Shown here: positions 50,966 through 64,000 of the stretch, piece by piece | How the letters are laid out: the number at the start of each line of letters is the position of its first letter | Numbering within the stretch: position 1 is the stretch's first letter | Assembly: GCF_009914755.1 (NCBI RefSeq) | Contig: NC_060930.1 | Strand: one strand, 5' to 3' | Length of the DNA: 64,000 nt | From: the human T2T-CHM13v2.0 reference genome, Homo sapiens | Made by a program: the position numbers and the translations under genes | The notes under the pieces: model-generated | The model's input: the letters and a program-made list of their open reading frames with translations, nothing else | Told to the model about the DNA's origin: nothing | Databases searched by the model: none

Positions 50966-51430
50966 ATGTTCAATTTTATGTGTGACTTAAATGGGCCAAA
51001 GGGCACCCCAATATCTCATGAAACATTATTCTAAGTTATTCTATGAGAATGTTTTGGGATGAGATTAACATTTAAATCAGCAAACTAAGCAAAGCAGATA
51101 GCCCTCCATAATGGCAGTGGTTCTAATCCAATCAGTTGAAGGCCTTAATAGAGCAAAAGGCTGACCCTCCTCCAAGTAAGAGAGAATTTTGCTGCTTTAT
51201 AGCCTTAGAAATGAAACATGAGCTCTTCTTGCCTATTGTCTTAAACCTGAAACATTGCCTTTTCCTGGTTATATAGGAGCTTCTAGCCTTCAGATTCAAA
51301 TTGGTATGTTGGCTCTGCAGATGTTAAACTTGAATCATGTGAGCCAACTCTTTATAATAAATCTCTTTCTATGCAAACACCCGCGCGCGCGCACACACAC
51401 ACACTATTGGTTTTCTCTGAAGAATACACC
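50966..51430 (+). mobile_element. MLT2 (ERVL) LTR
   Basis: aattttatgtgtgactt...gatgagattaacatttaaatcag...catgtgagccaa...tattggttttctctgaagaa. Confidence 0.82.
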
Positions 51431-51454
51431 TTCTAAAAATAAAAATAAAAAAAA

Positions 51455-51737
51455 TTTTTTTTTTGAGATGGAGTCTCACTTTGTGGCTCAGGCTGCAGTG
51501 CAGTGGCACAGTCTCGGCTCACTACAGCCGCCGCCCCCAGAGTTCAGGTGATTCTCCTCCCAAAGAAGCTGGGACTACAGGCATGCACCATCACACCAGG
51601 CTAATTTTTGTATTTTTAGTAGAGATGTGGTTTCACAATGTTGGTCAGGCTGGTCTCGAACTCCTGACCTAAGGCGATCCACCCGTCTTGGCCTCTGAAA
51701 GTGCTGGGATTACAGGCATGAGCCACCGTGCCCAACC
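51455..51737 (-). mobile_element. AluS
   Basis: Reverse dimer with a small deletion. Confidence 0.93.
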
Positions 51738-52269
51738 TAAAAATAAATTCTTAATAATCAATTTACCAATAGGATTATCAAACTTTTGCTATGATGATAA
51801 GAAGATATAATCTTGCATGAAAGCATTTAATTGAATGAATTAACAAGCACTCCAAAATATGCTAAGATTAAACCCTAACATTTTTTAAAATCATATATAA
51901 AATCAAAATTCTGGAATCCTTTTTTATAAAAATCATGAGTTTGGTAAAAACTGAGTTATTTGAAATATTACTTACTGGTTTGGGTTTTTTAATTTTATTT
52001 TTTAATTTTAATTTTTTATTATTGCAGTAACCATTTTTACCAAAATAGCCATTATTTAACTAACTTCTTGGGACTCATTGTATCACAGCAGGAGTTATGT
52101 CTTTAAACTCATTCTTTTTCCTAGGAGAACTACAAATCAACTTATACTGAGAGAGTTTTCTTTTGCATTCTGAAAGGTGATACTGCCCCACTGCATGAAA
52201 TACACAGGATGAAATAGGAGTATGAGCCATGTATTCTACTATAGCAAAATACTAAAATAAAAATAACAA

Positions 52270-52480
52270 TATCTGGCATGAACTGAGTACTTATTACATT
52301 CCAGACATAGATGGTGTTCTATATATATATAATCTTCTAAAACAGATTATCTTGCTGATACAATTATCAGCCACATTTTACAGATGAGAAAACTGAGGCC
52401 CAAAGATAACAACTATTCCGAGAACACATTAAAGACTAAGTAGCTAAACCTCCTTCAAACCCCAGCCTAACTCTAAGCCC
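52270..52480 (-). mobile_element. MIR SINE
   Basis: attttacagatgagaaaactgaggccca core. Confidence 0.75.
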
Positions 52481-53448
52481 ACATTTTGTTTCTCTCTTTT
52501 ATTAATACATAATAATTTATATATTTTGGGGATGTATGATAATGTTTGTTACATGCAAAAAAAAGTGTAATGATCAAGTCAAGATAAATGGGGTAATCCA
52601 ACATCTTGACTATTTATTATTTTTATGTACAGGTATCAAGTCCTCTAGTTACTTTGAAATATATATAATATTCTTACTAGTACAGTCACCCTATTCTGCT
52701 ATCAACCATTGGAATTTATCTATTCTACCTAACTATACATTTGTACCCATAACCAACCTCTATTCATGGTCCCTTTCCCCCACCCTCCCAAGTTACCCTG
52801 TCTCTGGTATCTATTCTTCTATTCTCCATGTCCATTAGATCTAGTGTTTTAGTCCCAGATATGAGTGATAACATGTGGTATTTGTCTTTCTGTATCTGGC
52901 TAATTTTCATTTCACTGAACACAATGACCTCCAGTTCCATCCACAAACTGGATAAAGCTGTTAGATAAAATGACTTCCAGTTGCATTCACAGGATTCTGC
53001 AGTTAGTGGATAAAATGTTCTATCAATGTCTGTTAAGTCCATTTGGTCTAAAGTCTAGTTTAAGTCTAACGTTTCTTTATAGATTCTCTGTCTAGATGAC
53101 CTGCCTAATGGTGAGAGTGGGATGTTCAGGCCTGCACAATTATTTTATTAGAGTCTGTCTCTTTCTTTAGATCTAGTAATATTTTTGCTTTATGAACCTG
53201 CATGCCCCAGTGTGGGGGGGGCTTATGTAACAATTGTTATATGAATTCTTCACTTTATCATTATTATATAATGACCATCTTTGTCTTTTTTTATGGGTTT
53301 TGTTTTATCTAAGTATATCTACTTCTGCTCACTTTTGGTTTCTGTTTGCATGGACTATCCTTATCCATCCCTTTACTTTCAGTCTGTATGTGTCTTTACA
53401 AGTGAAGTACATTTCTGGTAGTAAACATATAGTAAAATCATGTTTTAA

Positions 53449-53814
<366 letters not shown>

Positions 53815-56800
53815 AATCTATATCTTTTAAGAATTTAAATCATTTACACACAGGTTATTATGGATATGAAAGGTTTTTCCCCGTCACCTTGTTAACTGTT
53901 GTTTAGTTGTTTTGAATATTCTTTGTTCCTTTCTTATTTTCTGATTGATTGTCCTTGTAGTTTGCTGATTTTCTGTGGTGATACCATTTGAGTCTTTTTT
54001 TCTTCCTCATTTGTTGCTTTACCAGTGAGTTTTATACTTTCAAGTGTTTTCATAATGGTAACTGTCACCCTTTTGCTTGCTTCTAGGTTTAGGACTCCCT
54101 TGAATATTTCTTGTAAGATAGGTGTAGTAGTGATGAATTCTCTCAGCATTTGCTTGTCTGGAAAAGACTTTATTTATCCTTCCTTCATGAAGAATCATTT
54201 TGCTAGATAAGGTATGCTTGGCTGGCAGGGTTTTTGTCTTTGAGCACATTAAATATATCCTCCCATTCTCTGCTGACCTGTAAGGTTTCTACTGAGAAAG
54301 CTGCTCTTAGTCTGATGGGGCTCTTTTATAGGTGACTAAACGCTTTTCTCTTACAATTTTTAGGATTTTCTATGTGTCACTGACTTTAGGCAATTTCACT
54401 ATAATGTGGGGTGGAGAAACCTTTTTACATTGCATGTGATTGGGGGTCACTAGGCTTTCTGTATCTGGATGTCTAAATCTCTTGCTAGACTTAGGAAGTT
54501 TTAATCTATTAATTTGTTTAATAAGTTTCCGAACCCCTTCATTCTCTCCTCAACCTTCAGGGATACTAATAACTCATACATTTGATCACTATGTGGTGTC
54601 CATATATCATGAACACTTTGTTCATCCTTTACTCCTTTTATTTTTGTCTAAGTGGATTATTACAAAAGATGTGTCTTCAAGTTGAGAGTCTCTCTTCTGG
54701 TTGTTCTAGTCTATTGCTGAAGCTTTCGAGTGTATTTTGTATTTCATAAAAGGAATTCATCAGTTCCAGAATTGCTATTTGATTCTTATTTATGATTATC
54801 TGTTTGATAAATTTCTCATAAATATCCTGAATTCTCATTTTTTGTATTTTCAGAATTCTCTTGTATCTCTCTGAGCATTTTTAGTTTAATTTTACATTCT
54901 TTTTCCAGAATTGTGTAAATTTATTTTTGATTGGGATCTATTGCTGAGGGATTATCACATTCTATTTCATACTTCCTGTGTCCTAACATTGATATCTGCA
55001 CATCTGGTGGAACAGCTGCTTCTTCAGGTTTTCTGAATTTGCCTTCTTAGGGGAGAACTTTTTCTGAAGATGTACCAATTGTGCTGGTTGGGTAGGCCCC
55101 TTTGGCTTTGATTATCGGTGTGTGCAGTAGTGTCATCACTATATGATTTCTCCAGCTGTAAATGGCTTCAGTGGTATCTGTGCTTTCCCTGGTGGCTTAG
55201 GTTATGGTTATCAGTAGATCCTATGGTAATGTTTTGTTGAAGACAGAGATGCCAGGTGGGCTAGTCTTAAGATCCCAATGATGGCAGTGATGAGCTGACT
55301 GTGCCTGATCATGGGCTCCAGGGCAGTGTACATTGGTATGAGGGTATTACTGGGACCAGGCAGGCCAATTCGTGGGCACCCAGGTGGCCTGCTCAAATAC
55401 TGGTAGTGGAATCAGTGGATTGAGCAGATGAGAGGGTTCTTGAGTCACTGGATAACCTGTGTGATGTGGGTGATGGTAGTAGTGGGATGATCCTCTGGGG
55501 CCCAAGTGTTGCACACTGATGTTGACACTGGCTACAGTGCACGGTCACCAGCCAGAGTCCCAGACACACAACTCTCAGGTTCTTCCACTCTCTGTGACAG
55601 GAGCACCACAGCACTGCATAAGGGTTAGGGGGAGGCACCCAGCCCTTCACACACAAACTGAAGATCCCACTGCCAGTGAGGGTGCCGTCACCACTCACAG
55701 CCCTGGAAAGCTAACCCTCCAGTTCGCCTGCCCCAGCCTCTAGGAGCAGCAACAGTGGCTGGGCCTACAGAAGCGTCTGGAATGAGACAAAGGGTCCCTC
55801 TCTACATGTGAGAGCCTGAACACAGTGATAACTCTTACGGGGGGAAGAGATCATACTCTCTGTGTGCTAGGCCGAGCACACAGTTTATTTCAGCTGGGGG
55901 CAGGGTCACTTCTCACAGCCTGAGACAGGAGTCTCTCAGGTTTTAGAAATTACGCGCTTTAGTTTTCTTTGTACAAGAGGCTGTCTTTGGTGTGCTGCAC
56001 TGTCCTTACTCCAGGGATTAGTACTCCCTGTGGGCTAGAGTACTGAGGACCCTTCAGCACTTTTGGGCTGGGTCCAGCCAGCGCTGTGCTGCTACAGCCC
56101 TCCAAATGGACTCTGGGAGACATCAGTGGTGGCTCACAGGATGTGGAAATATGGGAGCTGTGGTCCCGAAGACAGGATGCAGCTCCATGACAGCTATGTG
56201 CTCACGATGGTGCTCAGCTGCAGTCACTCAAGTCTCAGGTGTGTGAGTGAGCCAGCGTGAGTACCCTGTCCAGTCTAATGCCTTGGTGAGGTCTTTAAAT
56301 GGCTACCCATGCTAGTGTCAGAATTTGTGAAGGTAGAGAAGCTCTCTCTGGTTCCAACCACAGTACTGTGCAGTGGCAATGTTAACTGCTGAGGTTCTCT
56401 CACTTACTCTTTCACCACAATATCAAGCCCCTATGGGCTCCCAACCAATCTCAGCCAAGTCTCCAATGGCTTCCTTCTTCTGTGCCGCAGATGTTTCCTG
56501 TGACTTCTCTGTTGGATTCTGGTGTTCTCTCCTATATATTCTATTCAAGGTATGATTGTCTATTTGTAATTTTAGCTCTTCTTTCTGGAGAGGATGTGTG
56601 TCTGATGCCTTAGCCATTTAAACTGGGATCTCTAAACCCACATTCCTAACCACTATGATAAAGCCACCTACAGCTACTCTAAAGGAAAATCTTTCCCTTT
56701 CTATTAACTCTTTTAGAACAGTATGACTAAAACTATAAATTACCTTAAAAATAGATGTCCTTTATTGGGATAATAAAAACACCCTTGCTGTCACTAATAA

Positions 56801-57080
56801 ATTACTAAAAACAACTAAAATGGATACATTCTCAAATTCTTACTGTCTAAAAAATAGTCACCTAGTCCTTGCAAGGTATTTGAATATGTACTAAATTCTA
56901 AACTGGCTCAATGTTATTAGAAGTACTCTCTTTCTTTTTAAAGCTATAAAATCCCCTTTTCCTATGTAAATATTACCTATGTATAATTGACTTTCATAAA
57001 ATATATTGCTCAGTAAATACTAACATTATATTCAATTATTGTCTGGAGTGAGTATCAGTTACAAAGGATAAAATTCTTTA

Positions 57081-57440
<360 letters not shown>

Positions 57441-58383
57441 CTAAATTATTATTGGGCTGAACAAATGCTTATCTTCAAATAACTGCTGCAATTTTTAAAA
57501 ACTTATTTTTTCCTTACCTAGTCACAACCCTTATAGCATGCCAACTTAAAATTATTCCACTTAAAAACTTTGAAAATGTAAACAAACTATAGCTATCAAG
57601 TTACCCACTTTTATATCCAACTGATAATTTTCTTCATTTAAGTGGCAACTTTTCTGGAGATCTCTGCTGATCAGAAACTATTCCATGGTACAACAGATTT
57701 TTATGAATTTTAACACTCCCAAGTCCTTAAAATGCCTAGAAATAGTTTAACAAGATACAAAACGCTTCTTAATAAAATTTAAGAGCTGAATGAACCAGTA
57801 GTTTACAAAATTCTGCCTTAACCTGTCTAACATGAAAATACCTCTCATGAGAATTTTTTCGGATTTAGGAAAAAAATGACACAGAAATTAGATGAGAAAA
57901 AGAGAATGGAAAGAAATTAAAATTAACACTGGAAAGAAAGCCAATGATACAAGTGACAAATGCTTTATCTAAAACTATGGATAAAACATTTGAAATTACA
58001 AATTAAAGGGAAATGATATATATGTTTCCAATGAATTTTTCTGCATCAGTATAAACATTATTATAAGGCCACATTTTAAATAAAATAGCCCCACCTTATA
58101 AACACTTATGAATAATTCTAATAACTGAAAAGTTTAAATTACTGATAAGGACAATCTCCATTCTGTACTGTACATAAATATGTCTTCATTTTTACACAAA
58201 AGTCACCATTAATTCTCTTTTGAAATCTGGGAGGATCAAGTGGCATTAAATTTGTAGATTCTAATATAAATATTATTAGGGAAAGAGCTCCTTAGAAACA
58301 GAAAAATGTAATATATGTATTTGATAACTTTATATTTACAGGATATATACATGTGTGTGTGTGTACCTGAGACCTAAATTGTA

Positions 58384-58474
58384 CCCAGTACCTAAGACCC
58401 TAAATTGATTTACTTTACAAACACACACGCGCATTTATTTTTAAGTAAATCAATTTAGGGTCTCACGTACTAGG
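58384..58474. repeat. 32-bp inverted repeat (hairpin) with 27-nt spacer
   Basis: cccagtacctaagaccctaaattgatttactt / aagtaaatcaatttagggtctcacgtactagg; 3 mismatches, 21-bp perfect core. Confidence 0.93.
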
Positions 58475-58572
58475 ATGGTGAGAAGGTGGAAAATTGGGTT
58501 TCTACTGGACAAGAGAATTAAGGAACTGGAGAAAATAAAGTTAATCTTAAAGAAGAAGGCAGATTAGGAGTG

Positions 58573-59079
58573 TGCTGGGAACAGACCCCCAAATCTGGCC
58601 ATAAGCTGACCTCAAAACCGGCCATAAACAAAATCTCTGCAGCACTGTGACATGTTCATAATGGCCATGACTCCCATGCTGAAGGTTGTGGGTTTATTGG
58701 AATGAAGGCAAGGAATACCTGGCCCAACCAGAGCAGAAAACCACTTAAAGGCTTTCCTAAACCACAAATAATGGCATGAGCGATCTGTGCCTTAAGGACA
58801 TGTTTCTGCTGCAGGAAACTAGCCAGAGCCCATCCCTTTGTTTTGGCCCATCCCTTTTTTCCCGTAAGGAATACTTTTAGTTAATCTGCAATCTATAGAA
58901 ACAATGTTTATCACTGGCTTGCTGTCAATAAATATGTGGGTAAATTTCTGTTCGGGGCTCTCAGTTCTGAAGGCTGTGAGTCCCCTGATTTCCCACTCCA
59001 CACGCTATATTTGTGCATATGTCTTTAATTCCTCTAGCGCTGCTGGGTTAGGGTCTCCACGACTGAGCTGGTCTCGGCA
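58573..59079 (+). mobile_element. 5' LTR (MER9) of HERV-K(HML-3)
   Basis: tgctgggaacagacccccaaatctggccata...gctggtctcggca; AATAAA at 58927; followed directly by a PBS. Confidence 0.9.
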
Positions 59080-59081
59080 AG

Positions 59082-59100
59082 TGGAACCCAACGTTGGGGC
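59082..59100 (+). promoter_or_regulatory. Primer binding site for tRNA-Lys (degenerate)
   Basis: tggaacccaacgttggggc versus the Lys PBS TGGCGCCCAACGTGGGGC. Confidence 0.8.
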
Positions 59101-59229
59101 TCAAACCCAGGTCGAAAGGTCGCCGGGGCAATGGTTGGAGAACATGGAACTAAGCTGGAGGACACCCGAGTGCTCTTAAGCAATCCCCGTGGTGAGTAAA
59201 AAGGGGAGCTCAGAAGCATCAGGGTAACA

Positions 59230-59737
59230 ATGGGACAAGTGTGGGCTCTGGTTAGTTCCATCTTGGAACCTTTTCACACTGATGATGAGGAGGAAGGAGA
59301 GTATAACAAAGTAACAGAGCAGGTTTGTTTGCCAGGTAAAGCTAAAGTGGCAAAGGAGGCAGATGTTCATCCCTACCCTTCTGCACCCCCTCCTTATTTT
59401 GAAGAAAAAGAGTGGCCTAACCCTCCAGATCTTTCTTTTCTGGAGGACCTTGGGTGAAAAGTAGTTGCCCCAGTGACTGTTCAAGCAGTGCCTCAAGCAA
59501 CCTCTCTCAGTTCTATTCAGGCAGGAATCCAGCAAGCTAGAAGAGAGGGTGATTTAGAGGCTTGGCAGTTTCCTGTTAGAATACACCCCCCGAGATCAAC
59601 AGGGAAATATTATAGCTACATTTGAGCCTTTTCCTTTTAAATTACTCAAAGAATTTAAGCAAGCGATTAATCAATATGGACCAGGTTCTCCTTTTGTAAT
59701 GGGACTGTTAAAGAATGTTGCTGTCTCCAGTCAGATG
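59230..59737 (+). pseudogene. gag remnant (truncated within capsid)
   Basis: MGQVWALV..., late-domain-like PSAPPPY, QYGPGSPFVMGLL; stop at 59455. Confidence 0.85.
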
Positions 59738-60466
59738 TTGCCAGTGGGGACGGTAGGATTACTTCTAGGTAGGTCTGGTTTAAATTTAAAAGGAGTGCAA
59801 GTACAAACAGGAGTCATTGATTCAGACTACAATGGGCAAATTCAGATTGTTATATCTACTTCTGTTCTCTGGAAAGTAGAGCCAGGAGAGCGTATAGCAC
59901 AACTCCTGACTGTGCCATATGTGGAAATGGGAAAAAGTGAAACTAAACGAATAGGAGGATTTGGAAACACAAATAAACAAGGCAAAGCAGCTTATTGGGT
60001 GAATCAAATTACTGATCAATGTCCTACCTGTGAAATAACTATTCAGAGAAAGAAATTTAAAGGTTCAGTAGATACAGGAGTGGACATTTCAATCATTTCT
60101 CTACAGCATTGGCTGTTCACGTAGCCAATTCAACCCACTCAATTTAACATAGTTGGAGTTGGTAAAGCCCCTGAAGCATATCAAAGTAGTTACATTTTGC
60201 ATTGTGAAGGACCCGATGGACAACCTGGGAATATTCAACCAATTATAACTTCTGTACCTATAAATTTATGGGGAAGAGATTTATTACAACAATGGGGAAC
60301 ACAAGTTCTAATTCCAGAGCAATTGTACAGCCCTCAAAGTCAAAGTATGTTGCATGAAATGGGGTATGTCCCTGGTATGGGACTAGGACAAAATTTGCAA
60401 GGTTTGAAGGAACTGCTTCAAGCGGAAAGACAAAGTTCCCGCCAAGGTTTAGGTTATCATTTTTGA
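59738..60466 (+). pseudogene. dUTPase-protease-G-patch remnant
   Basis: GLLLGRS, GVIDSDYNG, GERIAQL, GGFG (dUTPase); VDTGVD and INLWGRDLLQQW (protease); [10 protein letters not shown] (G-patch). TAG at 60122. Confidence 0.9.
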
Positions 60467-63114
60467 TGGCAGCCATTGTTAAGCCTCCAGAACCTATACC
60501 TTTAAAATGGTTAACAGATAAGCCAATTTGGATAGAACAATGGCTGCTAAGTAAAGAGAAAATGGAGGCTTTAGAGGACTTAGTTCCTGAACAATTAGAA
60601 AAAGGACACATAGCTTCAATATTTTCCCCTTAGAATTCTCCAGTTTTCATAATTAAGAAAAAATCAGGTAAATGGAGAATGTTAACTAACTTAAGAGCCA
60701 TTAATTCAGTTATACAACCTATGGGAGCATTACAGCCAGGATTGCCTTCTCCTGCTATGATTCCAAAAAACTGGTCTTTAATTGTCATAGATTTAAAAGA
60801 CTGTTTCTTTACTATCCCTTTAGCTGAGCAAGACTGTGAACACTTTGCACTTACAATTCCTGCAGTAAACAACCTGCAGCCTGCTAAGCATTTTCATTGG
60901 AAAGTGTTGTGACAAGGCATGTTAAACAGTCCAACAATTTGCCAGACTTATGTAGGGCAAGCAATTGAACCTACTCGTAAAAAAATTTTTAGTGTTACAT
61001 TATTCAGTATATGGATGATATACTTTGTGCTGCCCCAACTCGAGAAATACTACTCCAATGTTATGATCACTTGCAAAATTCGATTTCTTGCACTGGTTTA
61101 ATTATAGCTCCTGACAAAATTCAGACTACTCCTTACTCCTACTTGGGGACCTCAGTAACTGACAGTACAATTGTGCCACAGAAAGTAACCATATGTAGGG
61201 ATCAATTTAAAACACTGAATGACTTTCAAAAATTACCAGGGGACATTAATTGGATATGACCTGCTCTAGGCATTCCTGCCCATGCCATGAGTAATCTATT
61301 TTCTACCCTTAGAGGAGATCCTAGTCTCACTAGCCCTTGGCAATTAACAAAGGAGGCTGAGGCAGAGTTACAGCTGATTGAAAGGCAAGTTCATAAAGCT
61401 CAAATAAATAGAATAGATCCCAAGAAGACTCTAGATTTGCTAATTTTTCCGACTCAGCATTCACCTACTGTTGTTATTTTGTTATTGTCCAAGAACAGGA
61501 CTTAGTAGAATGGCTTTTTCTTCCACATGTGAATTCATGGACTCTATAACTCCTTATTTGGATGAAATTGCTACTATGATAGGAAATGGGAGAACTTGGA
61601 TTGTTAAATTACATGGATATGATCCTGGAAAAATTATTGTCCCTCTCACGAAGGCACAAATACAGCAAGCTTTTATAAAGAGTCTTACTTGGCAAACCCA
61701 TTTAGCTGACTTTGTGGGTATTCTCCATAGTCATTTTTTCCTAAAATGAACTGTTTCAATTTTTGAAATTAACTAATTGGATTCTCCCTAAAATAACTAA
61801 ATTCAAACCAATTGAAGGTGCTGAGAATGTTTTTACAGATGGGTCCAGTAATAGTAAAGCTTCTTATTCTGGATCGAAAGGTAAAGTTTTTCAGATGCCC
61901 TATACTTCAGCTCAAAATGCGGAGCTTGTAGCTGTAATTGAGGTATTGACTGCTTTTAATATGCCTATTAATGTGATTTCTGATTCTTCATATATGGTTT
62001 ATTCTACACAATTAATTGAAAGTGCTCAGTTATGATTTCATACAGATGAACAACTGATGACTTTATTTACCCAACTGCAAACAGCAGTTAGGAGTAGAAT
62101 GCACCCTTTTTACGTTACTCATATTACAGCTCATACATGTCTTCCAGGACCTTTAACTGAAGGGAATCAAATGGCTGATTGCCTAGTTGCTACTGCAGTA
62201 TCTAATGCTACACACTTTCACAATTTAACCCATGTTAATGCCTCTGGTCTCAAGCGCAGATACAGCATTACCTGGAAAGAAGCTAAAGCTATTATCCAGT
62301 GATGCCCAACTTGCCAAATGGTGCATTCCTCATCTTTTACAGGAGGAGTTAATCCTCGAGGACTGGAATCTAATTCTCTTTGGCAAATGGACATCACACA
62401 TGTTCCCTCGTTTGGGAGACTAGCTTGTGTACATGTATGTGTGGACACCTTTTCTCACTTTGGGCTACATGCCAATCAGGAGAGTCTTCTGCCTGTGTTA
62501 AACATCACCTTTTGCAGTGTTTTACAGTGATAGGCATTACAGCTTCTATTAAAACAGATGATGCCCCAGGCTATACTAGCAAAGCTCTAGCTACATTTTT
62601 CTCTATACGGAATATTAAACACATTACTGGCATCCCATATAATTCTCAAGGACAAGCCATTGTAGAACGAATGAATCTCTCCCTAAAACAACAATTGCAA
62701 AAGCACAAAGGGGGAAACAGGGACTATGGAACACCCCATATGCAACTTAATCTAGCATTATTGACTTCAAATTTTTTGAGCCTGCCTAAAGGCCAGATGC
62801 TATCAGCAGCTGAAGAGCATCTACAGAAACCAGCTGCAAAGACAGAAGCAGAACAACTGGTTTGGTGGAGAGATCCGATAACAAAAAGTTGGGAAATAGG
62901 TAAAATAATAACTTGGGGTAGAGGTTATGCTTGTCTTTCTCCAGGCCAAAACCAGCAGCCAATTTGGATACCATCAAGACACCTGAAACCTTATCATGAG
63001 CCAGATGCCAAAGAAGACATTCTAGCAGGATTGCGAGGACCCCCCAGTTGCAGCCATGTTGACACTGATGCTGAGGAGGACCCCAGCTGTCACAGATGGT
63101 GGAAGAAAACCTGA
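60440..63114 (+). pseudogene. pol remnant (RT, RNase H, integrase)
   Basis: [25 protein letters not shown] at 61008-61019, FTDGS, HxxxTH...CPTC, WQMD, KTDDAPGY, GQAIVERMN. Multiple stops and frameshifts. Confidence 0.93.
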
Positions 63115-63964
63115 GGAAAGCGGACAACCTGTCACAACGAGTAATTTAATGATAGCTATGATAGCGGTGGTCACTACTGCCGTGAGTATTCCTTCAACAA
63201 CGGCTGACACAGAGAACAATTATTCTTATTGGGCATATTTATCAATCTTGGCTGGCAATAATGCCTGGATGTAATCACTCTATGACACATATACACATGC
63301 TTTCTGGTCTCAGTATTTACCATAATAAATCTGCTCCTATAATTAGGCGTACCGCCCTCAAAAACCTATCTGTAAACAGAATTGGACCTGGCCAGAAATA
63401 ATGAACTTACTTGTTTGGGAAGATTGCATTACAGAACAGGCAGAGGTGCTGCACAGCGATTCCTATGGAATCATTGATTGGTCCCCTAAGGGGATGTTTA
63501 ATTTGAATTACACCTCTCAGTCTGCGTGCCATGGCCACACTATGTTCAGCTGGTCCAAACAAAACAATCAGATGGTAGAAACAGTAAAAAATACGGCAAG
63601 TTCCTATTATTTGGAAACATGGTGGTATAGAGGCACCTCAACCTCAGATGATATGCCTGCTGTAGGAGCTTAACATAAGGATTTGTGGAAACTATTAATG
63701 GAAAGAATAAAAAAACATCTAGAAGGACACTCTACAAACTTGTCTTTGGATATTGCAAAATTAAAAGAACAAATATTTAAAGCATCCCAGGCACACCTGA
63801 CCTTAATGCTAGGAACTGGAGTGCTTGAAGGAGCTGCAGACAGATTAGCAGCTAGTAACCCATTAAAAAGGATAAAAACACTTGGAAGCTGGGTGATTTC
63901 AATGATGATTGTGCTTTTAATCTGTGTTATTTGTCTTTGTATAGTCTGCAGATGCAGATCCTGA
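63056..63964 (+). pseudogene. env remnant (signal peptide, partial SU, TM C-terminus), large internal loss
   Basis: Hydrophobic signal then NYSYWAY, IIDWSPKG, NLSLDIAKLKEQIFKASQAHL and a TM anchor. Only ~0.9 kb long. Confidence 0.85.
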
Positions 63965-64000
63965 CTCCTGCGAGAAGTAGCTCACCGTGACAAAGCTGCC

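Larger units (their letters stand above)
59080..64000 (+). mobile_element. HERV-K(HML-3)/HERVK9 internal region, deleted and inactivated; 3' LTR beyond the window end
   Basis: Betaretroviral gene order gag-dUTPase-pro(G-patch)-RT-RNaseH-IN-env behind a MER9 LTR. Confidence 0.92.

Noticed and set aside
59230-63964. APOBEC3 hypermutation of the provirus
   Set aside because: Only two apparent TGG>TAG stops (60122, 60631); most other stops look like CGA>TGA CpG decay.

Overview
Primate, almost certainly human, AT-rich intronic DNA with no intact host protein-coding exon. The anchor is a near-perfect hairpin at 20458-20554 that matches my recollection of pre-miR-586 (minus strand). That would place the window inside the large intron of SUPT3H (minus strand, 6p21.1), upstream of RUNX2; this placement is recalled, not searched. 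More than half of the window is transposon-derived: a broken L1PA2/3-type element (1-4697), several older L1M elements with nested LTRs, about 22 Alu/FLAM copies, MER44, Tigger1, L2 and MIR fragments, and a deleted HERV-K(HML-3)/MER9 provirus from 58573 to the window end. The span ~14.5-25.8 kb is strikingly repeat-poor and may be regulatory. I found no convincing novel protein-coding system. The most notable unexplained items are a second pre-miRNA-sized hairpin with a template-switch-like scar at 58351-58474, an in-frame gag-dUTPase fusion in the provirus, an LTR with a consensus splice donor pointing toward RUNX2, two frame-preserving microexon candidates, and several local tandem duplications. 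All repeat subfamily names are by-eye calls.
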